DNA from: Phoronis australis
Lineage: Eukaryota > Animalia > Phoronida
DNA length: 64,000 bases
Assembly (NCBI GenBank): GCA_002633005.1
Contig: NMRA01000352.1
Location: forward strand, 62,001 to 126,000
Direction of reading: 5' to 3'
How positions within the stretch are numbered: position 1 is the first letter of the stretch; each line of letters begins with the position of its first letter. Below are positions 61,345 to 64,000 of the stretch, one piece after another. The position numbers were made by a program, and so were the translations under genes. The notes beneath the pieces were generated by a model. The model saw only the letters and a list, made by a program, of their open reading frames with translations, searched no databases and was not told the origin of the DNA.

Positions 61345-62950
61345 TGTTTGAGTTTGGCATATTTAATGGCAATGTTTCACCTTACTCCACCATGAGTATT
61401 TATGGTCTTGTTGTTGGTCATGTCCTGCACAAGGCATGGGTAAACACATCCCGATGCAACTGCAACATACAGACACACACATTGTGCTTATTGCAATGGA
61501 CCCGTCTGAGCGGCTTGCACACATCTGATTCAATGTGTATCAGACCGCCTGCACTATTATACACTTATGTCTAAATGAATGACCCACATTGTCAGAAATA
61601 ATGTGCTTTGTAAAAAATAATTATCTTTCAACTCAAAAGCAATACAAATTTGTCACTGATTTTTACATGCTGTTACACGATGTGTTAGTACCATGTACTT
61701 GTAATGATTGTTTCACCACAAAAAGGTAAAACAATTTTCTGTATAGTATTGAAGAAACTGCCATAATTTTCTCGCTCTGCGTCCACTCGGATTTCATGCA
61801 GAAGTCTTTGCCATGCAACTGCTTTCGTTTATTCTATCTTTGATTATCAATTTCAGATGAACTTGGTTGAGTTTTTGAAGCACTGTTGCAGTCTGATGAG
61901 CAGTACCGTTGTCCCTCAGGCACATCATTTTCCATCCTATTAATGCAATCGAGGTGGTACCAATTGGCCAAACTTGCATACCATTCGTGCAGAGCATTCC
62001 ACCAACCTACTCGTCTCATCTAAGGATATCACTCTGCAAATCATGTAATTGGAATCATATAATTTTTGTGCGTTATCTCTTGTCAATACAAAATAAGTTG
62101 CCTAATTTAAAAGTGGTTATTAAAAATTATGATTAAAGGAGCAAGTAGAATAGAGTGTGGATAAAAATCCATGTCCGCGCCTGCCAATTCCAGCTACAAT
62201 CACTAAAAATCGCATAACCGCGCCCATCCACACACACACATTGAAAGTGGTGCATACTTGAGGATCACAATACAAAGTTCTGTCTCTGTCCCTCTACACT
62301 TGCAATAAACCTCTGAGTCCTCAGCTGTTAAGGTGCCAATGTCTTCCGACATTATGTCGCCTACTGCTGGCAGTGACTATTTTCGCACACAGTGCATTGA
62401 TGGCTTCGGGGGGTGGGGGTTGGGTCTTCATGTCCATCCTTTAGCGCGTTTACATGAAATGCAATTTGCTTGTGAAATGCACTGAAGGTGCTCTTAGGGC
62501 TCCAAGTCTATACCTTCAAACAGAGAGCCGAGAATTAGATTGCTAACAAACCCATGGCCTGCACCCCTCTCAATAAAGGATCTCCATGAGTGTTCACTTT
62601 GTTACCAATTGTCTTTACATAAAGAAAAACTCGAGAGAAAGCAATTGCCACTGAGCCGCTTGCAAATCCAGCAAAACAACTAAAACTAATAGGCAATGGG
62701 AGGTGCCTAGTCATGATAGTTCTCCAGCTTTGGCAACTATTATCAATATTCAATATACCTTCTATAACTGAAACCGGTTGCCGCGTTAACTTGCGGGTAC
62801 ACCGTTTTTCACATGACTGGTGTCTAAATAAATCTTTTGGAAATGCGAATTTACCTAAAACATGCGTGACAGCGAGACACAAAACCATGTTCTGTCAGGT
62901 TCACAGGGCCATGAAACATGATACATGTTTTCCATTACATGTTTCTTGGC
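61345..62950 (-). mobile_element. Decayed PHD-containing transposase, AcademH(P)-like
   Basis: In order on -: GDPL..LFEG (~62585-62490), VYCKCRG..HFQCV (~62320-62235), LVEC..C../WYHLDC..VPEGQRYCSSDC (~62020-61887), NKTINTHGG..NI (~61415-61370). Confidence 0.5.
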
Positions 62951-63259
62951 ATTCCTATGTCCTATAGGGTTTTTATATGGTGTAATGTACCTCTTTGTGT
63001 CAGTGAACTGCTGTGAAGTAGTTGATTCATTGAATCCTAAAACAAAGACATCTTTATGTGAGTGATTGTCTTAAAACATCCTAACAGCAACCGTTGATCA
63101 AAACGCTACTTGTCCAAAAAGTTAGACATGGCAATATATACACTCTAAACAACTTGTTGGTAGTGATAAATTTGCATTGAAACGCAAAGTAACAAGACAA
63201 ACTTTTTTGTGATGTTGGAATAGTAATCATTAGATGATGGTGTAAGTAATTATTAGTTT

Positions 63260-64000
63260 GTAAGCATGAACACAACATACATTGTAGCGCTGCCCAAGTA
63301 ACGCTAATTGAAGGCAATTTCTTTTGCAGGATCTAAAAAGTCCTGGCATATCCTACCACTTGTTTGACGTGAATGCACATCGATGCTATTGTGCGATCTT
63401 TTATTACAGTCATTGCATCAAGCTCGTTCTTTCCTTTCATTGTGGTAGGCACGTTCACTTTAACGTCACGAGTCGCAAACAGGTCCTGCACTAGAAGCCT
63501 TCTATCGGCTAAAATTGAGTCTCCATTTTTAAAACATGATCTGTCAGAAAGGAGAGAACTCCTTTCAGTAATCTGTCTATCGCCGACAGAGCCACATTTA
63601 CAGTTAGACATTTTTTCAGCCGGACTTTTCAGTGGCATAAAGAGTTATCCACGTTGATTGGAATTGGTGTTGAAGTATGTGGGGAAATATTTGTCCACGA
63701 TTTCTCTACTGGGCCACAGTTCTAACTCCTTTAGTTCAAAATACATAAATGTCACCCATATCTTAAAGCTCACTGCCCTTGCTGATGCTAAAGTCATTTG
63801 CCAACTGAAAGCCTTCTTTGGCATGCCGGAGCTTGAGTAGGGTCAAAAACAGTTCATCTTGTGGGCCTAGGGTCAAACTTTTGTAAGAAAGATAGCCTAC
63901 AGAAGGACCCCGTATTTTATATAACATCAAAAAATGACTGTACGAGTTGAAACCTGTCATGCACTGAAACGCTTCGTCATTTCTCTCGAATCTCTTCACA
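63260..64000 (-). mobile_element. ISL2EU/Harbinger-like (DDE_Tnp_4) transposase remnant, continuing past the right edge
   Basis: CMTGF..LGPQDELFLTLLKLRH (HTH), WVTFMYFELKELELWPSREIV, GSVGDRQITERS..GDSILADR..VNVP..IASMCIHVKQVVG..F*IL; frameshifts and internal deletion. Confidence 0.85.

Overview
Eukaryotic, intron-rich animal DNA, probably a marine invertebrate. It comes from a draft assembly with one ~450-nt N gap and three single-N junctions. The main feature is a complete C2CD5 (KIAA0528/CDP138) orthologue on the + strand. I traced 28 coding exons by hand between 13119 and 53807, with GT-AG introns and consistent phases, giving 1161 aa, or 1015 aa using an alternative acceptor. Its ~12.9-kb intron (33488-46356) contains an intact, spliced antisense gene for a ~284-aa ankyrin-repeat protein. 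The left edge holds the signal-peptide exon of another gene on the - strand. The rest is mobile-element debris: an L1/Tx1-like LINE, an internally deleted Kolobok with a THAP remnant, several MITEs, a Penelope-like fragment with a degenerate hammerhead, AcademH-like and ISL2EU/Harbinger-like transposase remnants, and a ~470-bp repeat array enclosing an RBM46/47/A1CF pseudogene fragment. Three gap-flanking duplications look like uncollapsed haplotypes. All family calls come from recalled motifs, not database searches.
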